Part shown: positions 1 to 12,376 of the stretch, one piece after another | How the letters are laid out: every line of letters starts with the position of its first letter | How positions within the stretch are numbered: the stretch's first letter is position 1 | NCBI GenBank assembly: GCA_001244265.2 | Contig: CDLV01000005.1 | Span: 62,001 to 126,000, forward strand | DNA length: 64,000 nucleotides | Direction: 5' to 3' | Source: Microbotryum violaceum | Taxonomy: Eukaryota | Made by a program: the position numbers and the translations under genes | Notes under the pieces: model-generated | What the model saw: the letters and a program-made list of their open reading frames with translations, nothing else | The model's database searches: none | What the model was told of the DNA's origin: nothing

Positions 1-215
1 TCGGAAATCGCATTTCCTCGGTTCCCAGCTCGGCTGCCAGGATTGCCTTGGGGATAAGTGGGCCGAGCTTCTTTCGATCTTCCGACGGCGAGTTGCACGC
101 GGACGATTAGCACTTGTCTCGCATCGCATTGGGCTCTCTCTTTCCCCATTCCCCCTTTCCCGTTACTTCCTCCCTCTTTCCGCTCCACCCCACACCGCCC
201 TTACATCTCGACACA

Positions 216-2094
216 ATGGCTGGTGGCGATGACTGGGTGTGAGTGACGGCTTCCGTCGGCTCATTGTGGCGCGGTGGCGCGATAAATCGTGCGTGAACAC
301 GATTGACCCCCGCCTCCTCGTCCCGTCGTCACAGTTACTACGCTTACAAGCCGTCCTATGCACTCGGTGAATATGCATTCGGTTTCTTTCTTTCTTTCGC
401 CTTCAGTGCGCGCACTGACTCATTTACCTCCGCGTCGGACCCTCGGGCCGTGCCCTCTCAACTGCCCGCTCTCGCAGCGATCGCGGCTTCGGCTGTGTTT
501 GGCGTCGTCTTCCTCGCGCACTTGTTTCTGATGATCAGACACAAGGCGTGGTATGTAAGCAACGATGCTCCTTTCTCGTAACCGGGATCTTGCCTCGCCT
601 GCACCGCATTCTGGATGGCCCGCGGACGCGCGTCGAACTCATAACAACGACGGATGGCCGATGGGCTCCTTGCTGCACTGCTCCGTCTATAGCCTCGCCC
701 GTCGTTCGACCCGATCATATGAGCGCGCGCCACACCGGTGGGCGCGGCGACCCATCCCGCCGGCGGAGAGCCAACTCCCGCGAGCGCGGGCGCACGTCGG
801 AACCGAGCCCTCTTCCGGTTTCACCTCAGCTCCCGCCGTACACGATCCATAACATCGGACTGCCCCGGCCGAGCGAAGAGCTTCGCTTTGCTTTTCACGG
901 TACTGATCCGTTTCTTCGATCATGATGTACAGATGTGGCCATTCACCGTCGGTGTTGCAGTCAGTACCTCTCCACCCACTTCGGGAACCCCCGTTGAGTT
1001 TGGCCCAGTTCGCTGACCTTGCTCCTTCTGCACCGCACAGGGAGAATGCATCGGATACGCGCTTCGACGAATCTCGGCGGAACACCCGCGAGGACGTAGT
1101 CAAGGACTGATTTGGTACATCACTCAAGAGGTGAGCACCCTCTCACTTCGTTTCTAGGAATTGCAATGGCGGTGGCTCCGGTGCAAGGAACTGATTTTCA
1201 TTCTGGTGACTCGACCCGTCTATAGCTCTTCATCATTCTCGCACCCGCTTGCATGGCCGCATCGCACTACATGTGTTTCGGGCGGCTGATCTCCTACGTC
1301 GGAGAGAAATATTCGCCCGTGCGAGCGCGACGCGTGACGGCGATCTTCGTCTTCTTCGACGTGACCTCGTTCTGCATTCAAGGTGCCGGTGGATCGCTCT
1401 ACTCGAGTTCGAACCGAAGCATCTTCCCTACCGCCAAGGCCATTGTGAGTTGCCGAGCGGGGCTCGTTTTGTTTCGTCCGAACTGACGTCGAGTTTTTTG
1501 TCGCGCTCCCCAGCTCACCGTTGGTTTCTTGATCCAAATCATCTCCTTCGGAATCTTTGCCATTTTCGCCATACTTTGTGCGTTCTCCACCTCACTCGCA
1601 AGAAGCGAAAGCATGTTGCTGACATTTCTTTTGTTCCTGGGCTTCGCACAGATCAAGTCCGTGCTCGACGTGCCGGTGAACTCGAGGGGAAATGGACCGT
1701 GTGCTTGTACACCCTTTACGCGGGCGAGTCTCTCCTTCAAGTCCTTCTCATACCTTGAATGTGCAGCTCACATATTGCCCAACTGTCCCCGCGCTTCACA
1801 GGCACGGCTCTGATCTTGATCCGAGGCATTTACCGTACGATCTCGTTCGCCACCGGCACGGGCAACAGCAATGGCTACCTCCTCTCGCGCGAGGCATGGT
1901 ACTACGGACTCGAGACGATCCCCATTCTTTTGTGCACTTTGTTGTTCCTCGCCTCTTACCCGGCGCGGTACATCCCTTCGGACCGCTCGTTGAGGCTTCA
2001 CCCCGAGGAGGTGAGCAGTGAGACGGGCACGGACGAGGAGAAGAGCGCGGGCGAGGACACGCGCCGAAGGAGGTGGTACGGCCTCAAGAGGTGA
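216..2094 (+). CDS. RTA1-like (lipid-translocating exporter family) multi-pass membrane protein, spliced; paralogue 1
   Basis: Spliced reading MAGGDDWV|YYAYKPSYAL|..HLFLMIRHKAWY|MWPFTVGVA|GECIGYALRRIS..YITQE|LFIILAPACMAASHYMCFGRLI..IFVFFDVTSFCIQGAGG..|LIRGIYRTISFATG..EAWYYGLETIPILL; typical RTA1 motifs and short introns. Confidence 0.9.
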
Positions 2095-2515
2095 TTACGA
2101 GACGCACACAAACTATGCTAGTGTACTTGTACCTCTTTTCCTTGCCGACTGTTTTATGTTGGAAGCTCCGTCTGGGTGTGTTCGCGCTGGTCGAGGAAGG
2201 AAACTTACCGAGATGGAGGCTGTGGATTTGACTCGTCTTGATTATTCATAGGCGACTGCTATGCTCGCTTTGTAAGCACCATATGCAATAGACCGTGCAT
2301 CTTGCTTCGACGGGCGTTCTTGTGCGTTATGGAAGTTCGGAAGCAGGGCGCTCCACCTCTTTCAAGTTGTCCGGCTCGATCGAGGCCGGCCAGGACCCCC
2401 GAAAGCCCAGCCATAGGCGGCCCTCTAAACAACGGCTTTTTTTGAGGCAAAATGTCCAAATTCTTCCCGGATTCTGACTGAGTGAGTCCAAATATGAAGG
2501 CCGCCTAAGCTCGAC

Positions 2516-2536
2516 GCCCCTCCCAAAGGGAGGGGC
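2516..2536. repeat. Perfect 9-bp GC-rich hairpin near the left TIR
   Basis: GCCCCTCCC-AAA-GGGAGGGGC. Confidence 0.7.
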
Positions 2537-2969
2537 TTGTGCCCTCCGCAATTATGGCCCTGAAAAGTGCCCCCCGTGGTGTAGCATGGCATATATTGGT
2601 GCTGTCTGAAAACTGGATGAACAAGTCTTTACTTCATCATTATTGATCGGGCTTCACCGAAACTTGAAGTCTAGGAACTCCGATTATCTCGCTACAACAG
2701 CTTGAATCAACTGATTCCGAACGAGACGCAGGTCGGCGCACGGACCAGTCGTAGTCCAATCCGCGTAGGCTTGAAACCCTGAGTGGCCCTCTCTTATCAA
2801 TGACCATTATTCCACCAAACCGACTTGAAGCACGCTGGGGTGCTTGGTCTCACGAACGTATCCAAGAGACAGATCACGTAACTAGAAGCATCTTTTTCTC
2901 GGGCAGAATCCTACAGAACATGGAGTGAGGCGAGGAAAGAACAAAAACTTCAGACGGTCCAAATCCTCT

Positions 2970-4392
2970 TCACTCGTAAAACCCTTTGAAAGCTTCCCAC
3001 AACCTCTCTTTATCCTTTCTAGCCTCGGCCTCGCACCACTTTGGTTCACCCACATCCTTCATCCTTTGATTCATAAAGTAACTCTTCCCTACTTGATTAG
3101 TCGGCGCTTTAGGATTCGCGGCTAGGTATACGGGGATGTCAGCGAAGGATTGAGGGGTGTTGCCGAGCGAGGTGTAAGTGAGCAAAGGGCCAAAGATGGA
3201 TTGCGCCAACGTGATGGGGTATGGGAAACCTTGGTTCGCCGCGGCTTGGCTGAACGAGTTGGAACAGGACGGGTTATGTAGGAAACGTGTCAGTGATCGA
3301 TGAAGGGTGGCACAACCTTTGGCGAGGCGCGGTCAAGGACCATATGATAATGATGGTGCTCACGTGTGGACGTAGCCTGGGAAGAGATGGACCGCTCGGA
3401 GATGGGGGTACTTTTTCGAAAAGGCCTGTAGTAGGTTTTTGGTAAGACATAAACTCAATACCACCCTCTCCAGCCGAAAGGAAGAAAGACGAGTATCAGA
3501 GGCTTGAAGAGAGAACAGACGAACCGAAACCAGTCCATCCTGGATCGCGCCGTCTTGCTTGGCCTGTTTCATGAATCTCTTGATCCAGCTCATTCCTTGG
3601 TCCTTCAGCTCCAAATCATCCAGAACTGGTGCAGCCGAGTTGGTTCCGGAAGGTGCGCAGACGGTGATCCAAGCTTCTTTCAACGTCTTTGATTCGGCCA
3701 AGAGGTAAGCGAGACCGAAGCGCGAGATGTGTTGGATCGCGAATCGCTTCTCGTGGTCTTCGGTCGTGAGGGAGAAGCTTCCATTTGGAGGTCCACCTAG
3801 AATGTAGTTGGAGGACCCCACGCAAGTCAGCAGTTATCTCACCACTTCGACGAGGAGGAAGACCGAGAACGAACCCTGTGTAGTGATGAGGTAGTGGATC
3901 CCCTTGTCTCCAGCCTTGGTCTTGAGCTCTTCAACGACTTTTTGGACGTTGCTGACGAGTCTGAAGGGTAATCAGAGCAGAATAATCAACCGCCATGCGA
4001 TAATCAGCATGAACTGTTTCGCTGCCGGGGGGGGCGAAGCAGCAAATGGCTGAACAACTGACGAGAGGTCGGCTTGAATGAACTCGTACGTCTTGGTGTC
4101 GGGCGCACCTGCTCCAGCTCCCTTTAACTCTCGCACGACCTCATCTGCTTTTTCCTTGTTTCTGCCGATGATGTAGACCGAGTCTGCACCAGCTTGAGCA
4201 AACCGAATCGCGGTGGCGGCTCCGATCCCCTGAGGTATTCCCCCCACATGTGAGCATGTGAGCAGTCAGCGCCTCCGATCGAGCCTACGCCGGATGGAGA
4301 GTCCTTCGGCGGACCTGTGTACCACCTGCGACGGCGACGTTCTTTCCCGCCAAGTCAAGCCCGACGTTGTTTTGTTTTGCTGTAGAGCTCAT
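2970..4392 (-). CDS. Short-chain dehydrogenase/reductase (NAD(P)-binding Rossmann fold), spliced
   Basis: ATG at 4392: MSSTAKQNNVGLDLAGKNVAVAGGTQ|GIGAATAIRFAQAGADSVYIIGRN..FIQADLS..GIHYLITTQG..RFAIQHISRFGL..HLFPGYVHT..ERLWEAFKGFYE*; GGTQGIG glycine motif spans an intron. Confidence 0.85.
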
Positions 4393-5576
4393 GGCGTTGC
4401 GGGCGGTGTGAATGGCAATCGGCGTTTACTACTTGACGATGACGTCAATCTCCGAGTCCCACCACGGCAATGATCGGGTTCCACGGCCGACGGTGCTGCT
4501 ACTGCGTGTCTGTTGTGTGTGAACACCTGGATCGGGAGGCCAGGTACTATTGCGTGTGAAAAGTGGTGTGCTTGTGCGGTTACCTGCCAATCGCGTGGTG
4601 CGGCGTGGGGGGAAGAGAAGAGCATGGACACATTGGCGTTCCCGAAGCCATCGGCGATCGAGACGAGTCGAGAATTCTGCATTACAAATGTATTAACGCA
4701 CCGCGGGGCGGCGACGAGTCCCTGAACCTCCAGTGCCCTCTATAAAGTCACACTCACAACTATGGCCCGAGGATAGGTACTACCTCCTACTTAGCCGCAA
4801 GCGAATAACCACCGCAAAGACAAGGCTAGAGACTAACGACAAAGTAAACCCACATTCCATTCAATTTCGACTGCATTTCATTTCAAATTTTCTTCTCTGT
4901 CGTATCCTCAATCAGACATTTCTATTTTCGTTTCCGTAATCTAGACGAGGTCCAGGAACCCTTTCTTTCCTCATCATTCGCTTGAGACCAATCAAGCATG
5001 AGCTTTCCCGGTCCTGCGGTAGGCGCCAGCCGGCCAGCCGCGCGTTCCGAAGAGACTTCATTCATGATCCTTGTCGGCGGCCTCTTTCGCCTGGGCGTGA
5101 GCCGGATTCTTGTTGTTGTCAGTGACTGTTGAACGCCAAGTAACCAGACCCGTTAGCCGGTATAAAAGTTTTAGCGGGAAATGCGGGCTTGAACTCATTC
5201 TCATGACCATCGGTGCTTGACAAGTCAATATTCAGCTCGGCGTCCGAACGCTCCGAGTCGACAGGCGAGGCGATGACCCGCCTGGGAGTGAGTCGGGCGG
5301 TCGGCGGGGGCGTCGTCTGGCGTATCATCTGCCGCACATCAGCCAAGGAGAGTCGTCAGACACATGCGATATGCACAAAAGATGAATTCAAGAAGTATTC
5401 ACGTCATTCTGGCCGTGCACGCGTATCCTGAGGGGCACGAAGTTTAGTCGTCCGTGCCATTTGCCGGAAGACCTCAGCTGTCCTTCCAAACGCGAGCCTC
5501 GACGGTGCAGACAATCGCACACAGATCAACATCACCGAGGATGGTGTGTGCAAATTGCCCGGGGTGCCCATCGAGA

Positions 5577-5758
5577 GTCACGGGGAGTGGCGTGGGATAT
5601 CCTTCGGCGCACTTGCAACCAGCAAAAAGCCCCTCCCGGGCAGCCGCATAAAATCGACTGTACTCGGACAGGTCGAGAATGTTGTCCCACGTGGGAACAG
5701 GCAGCGAACCGGTGCCGGGGCCTTGCGCCGAAGGATATCCCACGCCACTCCCCGTGAC
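5577..5758. mobile_element. 182-bp MITE-like foldback inside the Helentron
   Basis: Perfect 35-bp inverted repeat GTCACGGGGAGTGGCGTGGGATATCCTTCGGCGCA at 5577-5611 and 5724-5758; no clear TSD. Confidence 0.6.
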
Positions 5759-7383
5759 GTTTGAGGATGCAGTAACACGAATGCTCGACACGGGAGATGT
5801 CGTTTTACACACCGACCTGGGCTCTGCAGTGGATCGTAGTCTCCATGCCACGTTGTCGAGGCGTTGGGGTGGGAGGCAGTGTGAGAGAGTCCCTGAAATT
5901 GGCAAGACTGTCAGTACGAAGGTCACATGCAAGTTCGGTCCGGGGAGAGAGGAGTCAGCTGCGTGGGGGAAAGTCGCCGAATCGCCGGCAGTCGCCGGCT
6001 TGAGCGTCCCGTACACGGTACAACCCTCCGAGAGCGTCGAGTGTCGCCGGCATTTCGTGATCCCGAACCGAAGTGGGAGAATTGTTGTTCCGGGTAGCCG
6101 CCCCCTTACTACAGTTCACTCGGGCCGATGTTCAGTCCGTTCCCCGATTCTCCAACCACGCCTGGTATCTCTTTTCCGTGTCGGAAGCAAGCTTTTCAAG
6201 GCGCTTCAATTCCGCTTGCAGGGCCTCATCGTCCCGTTGCTTTTTCTTGCTTGAGTGGAGCAAGGTCGCATCCAGTTGGCCAAATAAAACCAAGTCTTCA
6301 CTCCTCCTCACTCGGGACAGCATGACGTACCGAACAGGAAGCGACGCCGTTGAACCAAGGCACGCAACAATTTTTCCCAGAGTCTGAACCTGCACTTTAT
6401 AGTCAGTTAGAGCATAAGCTGGCTGCAAAGGTACCTAAAGAGCTTCAGGGATTAACGCGCCCCCGGAGGGGGCGACGGGTCCCTGAACCTCTGACGGAGT
6501 AACACCGACTGACAACGTCAGCTATATTACTAAGAACGTGCCATGGATCGGGTATGCAGCACCGAGTTTCCGAGTCAGTTCGGTTCACATGAATGAGACG
6601 TGGAGCTGTGCCAAACTTTAATGAACTTTGCAGACAACGAGATCGAGCCAGAGCCGGGCCGGGGTGTAAATGCATAAGTTGAGATCACTTGACATCGCCC
6701 ATGTCAATCGCCCATGTCACAGTCCGCGTCTGGAGTTTGTGTTCGCAAATGGTCGTCAGCGCCGGGAACCCACATCGCGCGCTCACCGAAGTCAGCTAGA
6801 AGAAGTGGTTTCAGTTGAGTTGAGAGATCGCGACTTCCGGAAGCGACTTGGGCGCGAGACGGCTTGGCTAGGCGTGGTGAATGTGTCCACCGCTGAGAGA
6901 CATGGGAACCAAATGGCATGGGGTGTCAGTATTCCCCCACAGATCTTTCACAGTGGGAAAAGCGTTGCAACCCACGATTAGATGACTTTTTGTCGTTGGC
7001 CTAAACTGTATCTGCTTAGTCGAGAAACTCGTCCTTGATGCGCCCACTGCAAGGGTGAGGTACCTCGTCATCGCAACGGTGAGTGTAAATCTGCCAGGTT
7101 GACGGTGACGAAGAGGGTGTACATACTGAATGCGTTGACGTATCCGCGGATCTCATTCCTCATGTCGAGCATCTGCGCAGTTGTGCCGTGAATCTTGTCT
7201 CCGACACTTTGCAATTCCGCCAGAATACGGTTGATATGCTTCTCTGCTTCTGTTGTTGCCTTGTACCTTTTCGTGTCCTTGGATTTTTTGATCATTTCGG
7301 ACACAACATCCATGTCGTTTTCGAGCAGTGCTGCTGCGATTCGAGCCACCTTCTCTTTGAAGACCCGACAAGCAACTCGCTTG

Positions 7384-7533
7384 TCACCCCTCCTGAAATG
7401 GGAAGATCCCGAGATCGGGCCCCCGATTTGAAATCGGCGGAGCGATTTGAAATGCATTCCAAATCGGATGCGAGATTTCAAATCGGGGCCCGATCTCGGG
7501 ATCGTCCCATTTCGGGGGGGGGGGGGGGGGGGG
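7384..7533. mobile_element. About 150-bp MITE-like palindromic insertion in the Helentron Rep ORF
   Basis: Near-perfect inverted repeats of about 50 bp (CCCCTCCTGAAATGGGAAGATCCCGAGATCGGGCCCCCGATTTGAAATC versus GATTTCAAATCGGGGCCCGATCTCGGGATCGTCCCATTTCGGGG); TTG on both sides (7381-7383, 7534-7536). Confidence 0.7.
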
Positions 7534-9819
7534 TTGCTATGGAGTTGGCGAAACACTTCTCCTCGGCGGAGCATGTTCAAGACGACGAATGGGAAAGACG
7601 GGTCGCATCGAAGTCGCTGTCGTATAGGTTAAGCAAATGTTTGATGAGTTCGTCCAGAGAAATCTTGAGGTCGCGTTCGACACAGAAACCGACGAGACCA
7701 AATGGATCGTGGTGTGGCCACAGCTTTGAGAGAGCACGAGCTCGTCCGAAGGTTCCTGGCCCAAAGCTGAGGGGCGTCGCCTGTCGGAATGACATAGGTG
7801 GGCTTGTCCTGGTTGAGATAACGAAGAGCTTTCTCAAAGAGCAGCCATGAGTGAACTGGTTCGTCTGTAGGGGGTGGCGGCACATGGACGTGTTCGATTA
7901 CTGCTTCATGCGTTGTTGCGTAGGCTTCAAAGAGCGATGATGTTGGGTCTACTGTCTCTGCGGTCACCACATTCGCCAAAACTACGTCCGGCACGAGACT
8001 GTCTCCATCCGCTATTCGTCGATCCGATACTTGGGGAGCAACCCAGACGGAAGCCGAAGTCAAAGTGGAAACTGAAACCGCCGTAGAAGCTGGAGAGGTC
8101 GGGTTGAGCGCACCCGGGCCGGAACTGCGTCGAACGAGCTGTGCACTCGCCATCAAAGGAGACGGCAGAGTGCGCCGAATTCTTGCTTTCGTTGATCAAT
8201 TACCCGAGAATATTTTTGGATCCGACACTGCTTCACGATCATGGGTCGACACTTGTCCAGCTCAGCAAGGTTGGAGCTCCCTCCGCAGAATAAAACGCAA
8301 ACACTGTCAGCGAGTTCCTCGACTGACATGGGCAGTACATCGATGAACGAAGCGGTGTTCTGGCTGAAGACGAGGGTGTTTTCGCGCGTAGGTTCTTGTT
8401 GAGCTTTCGGGATTTCCGAAACGAGTTAGCTTGTACACGATCTTGTAGGCTCTGGCGCGCGCAGTGACGAGGTGCTCAAGCTGACTCGCGTTGGAGAAGC
8501 AATCTCAGACATCAGCGGGGACGTGATCCAGTGCGCGATAAAATCCGTTGTTCAACGACCGAGGGGGCTTAGTCGGTGGCCCTGTAGTAGGGAACAACCG
8601 TTTGAAGCAGTCTGGGCGCACTGAAGCGTGTTGTTCGTGGGCGAGTACGCGATCTGATCGATTAAAGAGTCGCTCGGTCGATGGAGACGTCGGGGATGGA
8701 TGAGCGCGCCCCGTCAAAAAATCGTAGGTCGGAGGTCCGTCCGTAGTGTAGAGTTGGTTAATTCCCTCCAAATCCCTGATTTCTCACGCTTGATGTCGTC
8801 TTCATGCACGCATCGTACGTTATGCCCGAAGACTCTCTCGGAACACACCCGGCAGCAGGAGAGTCGGGAACGAGCGTCGGTGAAGTAATCATTTCATTCA
8901 GAACGGTTCTCGGTCTTGAACTGATCGGATGCTGGCGCAAAATGCGATTTCACTCTACCGGGATCTTCTTGTTCGGGTTCGGGATGCAGCGGTGGACATC
9001 TGTGCAGCGTTTTTTTAGGGTCCTTTGCTGAGGCGTTCTCGCGATTCTTCTGGACTTCCTCGTTCAGTCAGGCTCGAAGCACGTCAACAGGTTTTGATGC
9101 GTATGCTCTGTGGTCGGAGAAGCAATGACGACGTGGCGGAGTCACGGGACTCGCCACTTGTTGCCTTCTGAAAACATATCCATTTGAACAAGCATTACAG
9201 TTGGGATCGCACGACCAAAGGAGCGCTTGTAGGGATAGCTCTTTCGCAAGCGGGTTACTCCTGGAGTATCCTTCCACGTGGTGCGCCCGAAAAAGCTCCT
9301 TCAGGAGATCCATGCTGAAGTTGATGATGCTGCACACGAGCTGCCCAAGACTGCATTTGACAACCACATCATCGAGTGCTGACATTGGACTGTTGCGTAA
9401 GAGCGGACCGGAATACACATACTGTGCTTGATCGGTGCGGCGGGAGGATCGGCTGTCGCTATGGTGGAGGCGAGGCTTAACACGTCGAGATTCGAGAGTT
9501 GTGGTCGATGGTGCGGAGGTATACAAGATCAGAAAGCAGTGACATGACGGCGGTTGCGTGAGAGCCTGTCTTGGAGATGCGAGAAAACTCGGTCCAAGTT
9601 CGAACAAGGCAGTACAAAAGACGGAAAGGAGAGGGCCGGTGGCAACTTGCCAGCGGAGGCCAGCCTGAGTGCGCTAGCTTGCGCTTGTCTGCGTTGGTAG
9701 TGCCCTCTGGCGCGGGGATTCGGGGAGGTTCATGACGCCCAAGCTGCGCGCTGAGTGCGCCGACTCGGCGGGTTAGCAACCGGGCTCGTAGCCACTGGCC
9801 ATTGAGTATTAATGATTGG

Positions 9820-12376
9820 TGCGCTTAGCCGGGGTCCTCCTATCCGGGGGAGCATTATTGTTTTAAGTTTTATGTTCATCCGTAATACTATTGCAAGGTT
9901 CGACGATGGTCAAACCGGCGACGATATCTACGCAATCGATCAGCTTCGAGCGATGAATCTTGCGAGACGAGCGTGGAACGACATCCGCCCCGAGACGATT
10001 GGTGGAGGAGAACCAGCGTGGCCAATTCTCCTCCAACTCTTCGGCAATGACCAGGTCCACAATCTCCCGATCGGTCATTTCAGCCCCACTAGCAAGGTTC
10101 TCCTCCTCCACATCGAGGGAGCGTGGATACTCATCTTCTCGTTGCTCGTAACTATCCCCTTTTCGACCAGCTCATCGTTCGCCGTCTTTAGAGCGTTCAT
10201 CGCGTTGATGATGCCGCGATCGCCATCAAGAGGCCCGCGACCGTTGGGAAAAGGTGTGTGGTCGGTCGATCCTTTGTTCTTGCGATCAGACAAGATTTGA
10301 GCGTGGCGTCAGCAGTTGGCAATCGTCTCGGGGCGGATGCCGTTCCACGCCTGTCTCGGAAGATTCATCGCTCGAAGCTGATCGATTGCGTAGATATCGT
10401 CGCCGGTTTGACCATCGTCGAACCTTGCAATAGCATTACGGATGAAGCTATCAAGCAGAGTGCATCATCATTGATCAAATAGGTTGGAAAACAGTCTCAA
10501 ACCTCGGGACTCACCTTCTGCGATATTTTGCCTTAAAGTTCGCAATGATTCCTTGATCGAACGGCTGGATTTTTGACGTCATATTGGGTGCAAAGTAATG
10601 AACTCCGATGTTGGTGATGGAATCAACATCCCTCGTGTGTCCCGAAAAGTTATCGAGCCAGAGTTGCACTTTTCGGCCCTTGCTGCGAAGCTCGAGATCC
10701 CGGGCTTTCAACCATTCGACGTAAAGCTCGCCAGTCATCCACGCGTGCTTGTTCGATCGATAGTAATGATTGTGGTAGCTGGCTGGTTTTTTGTTGATGC
10801 TACGAGGCTTCGCCGCGCTACCAATGATGGAGAGAGGGAGCCGTTCCGGTCCATCGGCGTTGACTGTGAAAGCGAAGGTGATGCGAGTCTTATTCATCTT
10901 GACACCATTTCGACCGTTCCGAGCAAGGCCCGTAGACGGACGCATAGTGTAGAAGAGACCGGGTTTTTCCATGTTGAAGATATCACTTGGATCGTATTTG
11001 TTCGTAAGATCAACGACTCTTTTGCGCTCCTCTTCGAGCGTTTTCGCATCGACCTTCTCGCCTTCGCCATGGAACTTGTAAGAGCGAAGATTGTGTCTAG
11101 ATTCACAAAGAGGAAATTCAGACACTGTAGAACGGCTGACTGGAACAAGAATCACGCGAGTTCCTTTTTTGAAGCCCTGAAGCCAGCCGTTCGAAAAGGC
11201 GAAATCCCGAACCTCGAGTTTGTCGGCAAGTTTGTTGACCTTTCAGGCGCAATACATCGGTGGTGATGGTAGTGCTCTGCTCGAGAGCTTGATTAAACCA
11301 GATTGCTAGCGCCTTTTCCAGGTTCGGGTGAATGACACTGTTGTTGCGCCGAATGCTTCCTTGACCGCTTTCGAGAAGGGCGCGATGCTCGTCTTCCTCT
11401 TTGCGCCATTGTGTGAGCTTTGGCTGGCTCCAGATCGGGATGTCTCGGTGGTTTGGTGAATTTTTGAAATACTTGACGATGGCCGTGAGCGTCAACTTGT
11501 GCCGTTTTTGATAGTCAAGGACCTTGATAATCTGCGCGGTGGTTGCCGCGCCCTTCGCTTTCGGTCCAGCTTTTGAGGCTTGGGCTTAGCCTTTTGTGAC
11601 GATATCGAGGCTGAAATCGAGCCCTTTGTATGTCGAGAGAGGGCTTGAGGGATTCGCTTTGTTGACGTTTTTTTTTTGGAGGCGACGAGGTCAGGTCGAG
11701 CATGGTGACCTCATTCGCGGCGGCCCGTGCGCCCGACTCCTCTCGGCAAGGCTTCAGAGGCGGCTGTGAACGTGCCACAGACATCATCAGAAGGTCTGCA
11801 ATGCAGCAAGCGATCAGTATGTAAATGAAAACTTAGCGGTGGGAGAGGTCCATCCCTTTCGAGTTCAACCAGGTGCTTGCGATACGCGTCCCTTTCGGCG
11901 CGATAGGGGGCGAATTGAGGATCGGCGGTGAGTTGCCCATGACGATCCTCAAATTCCGGGAAGGGAATGAGACCATGATGATATGAAGAGGAATTTCTGA
12001 TGAGGGCTTCTCGGATTGTGAAGAAGTTCATTTCGGCGTCATTGTCGGCGGAAGAGGAGAGAGAAGCACGTCGCGACTAGCCTGTCAACGTATCAACCGC
12101 CGCCTTTGCTCTCCTGTGCTCCCGTCTCGGCTGTTTCGGGGCATTTCGGACTCTTCCGGCAGGCGGCTCGTCAACAAGAACGCCGAAGGAGAGGCCAATT
12201 CCTAATCAACCGCTCATTTTCGGCTCTCTCTTATCTTATTTTTTGACCTGTAAACCCATCAATCATAAGGTATACGATTGGACTGGTTCTGTCAGCCAAA
12301 AAGGTCGGGAGATTGAAAAGTTCATAAATTTTGACAGGTATAAGATTGGCGATATAAATTTTCTCAGGTCTGACTG
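9820..12376 (-). mobile_element. pogo/Tigger-like Tc1-mariner transposon (CENP-B-type HTH plus DDE_1), frameshifted
   Basis: HPNLEKALAIWF (HTH), DIFNMEKPGLFY..KTRITFAFTVNADG..SNKHAWMT..LWLDNFSGH..PNMTSKIQPFDQGIIANFKAKYRR; TA-CAGTCAGACCTG terminus on the minus strand at 12376; GT-AG intron at about 10449-10515. Confidence 0.85.
9875..10446. repeat. About 125-bp inverted duplication of pogo transposase coding sequence
   Basis: 9875-10001 (+) and 10320-10446 (-) both encode FIRN(T/A)IARFDDGQTGDDIYAIDQLRAMNL..AWN.IRPETI. Confidence 0.85.

Larger units (their letters stand above)
4692..9800 (-). mobile_element. Degenerate, internally deleted Helentron/Helitron2-type rolling-circle element (5' end not located)
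   Basis: DUF6570-like PPRSLNNG..LEHLVTARAR (about 8450-8570), LWPHHDPFGLVGF..ISLDELIKHLL (about 7630-7725), Rep motif LFVTVNLADLHSP (about 7080-7120), Pif1 C-terminus QPAYALTDYKVQVQTL..YVMLSRVR (6132-6428); subTIR plus hairpin ends at 4692-4730 and 6451-6491. Confidence 0.8.
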
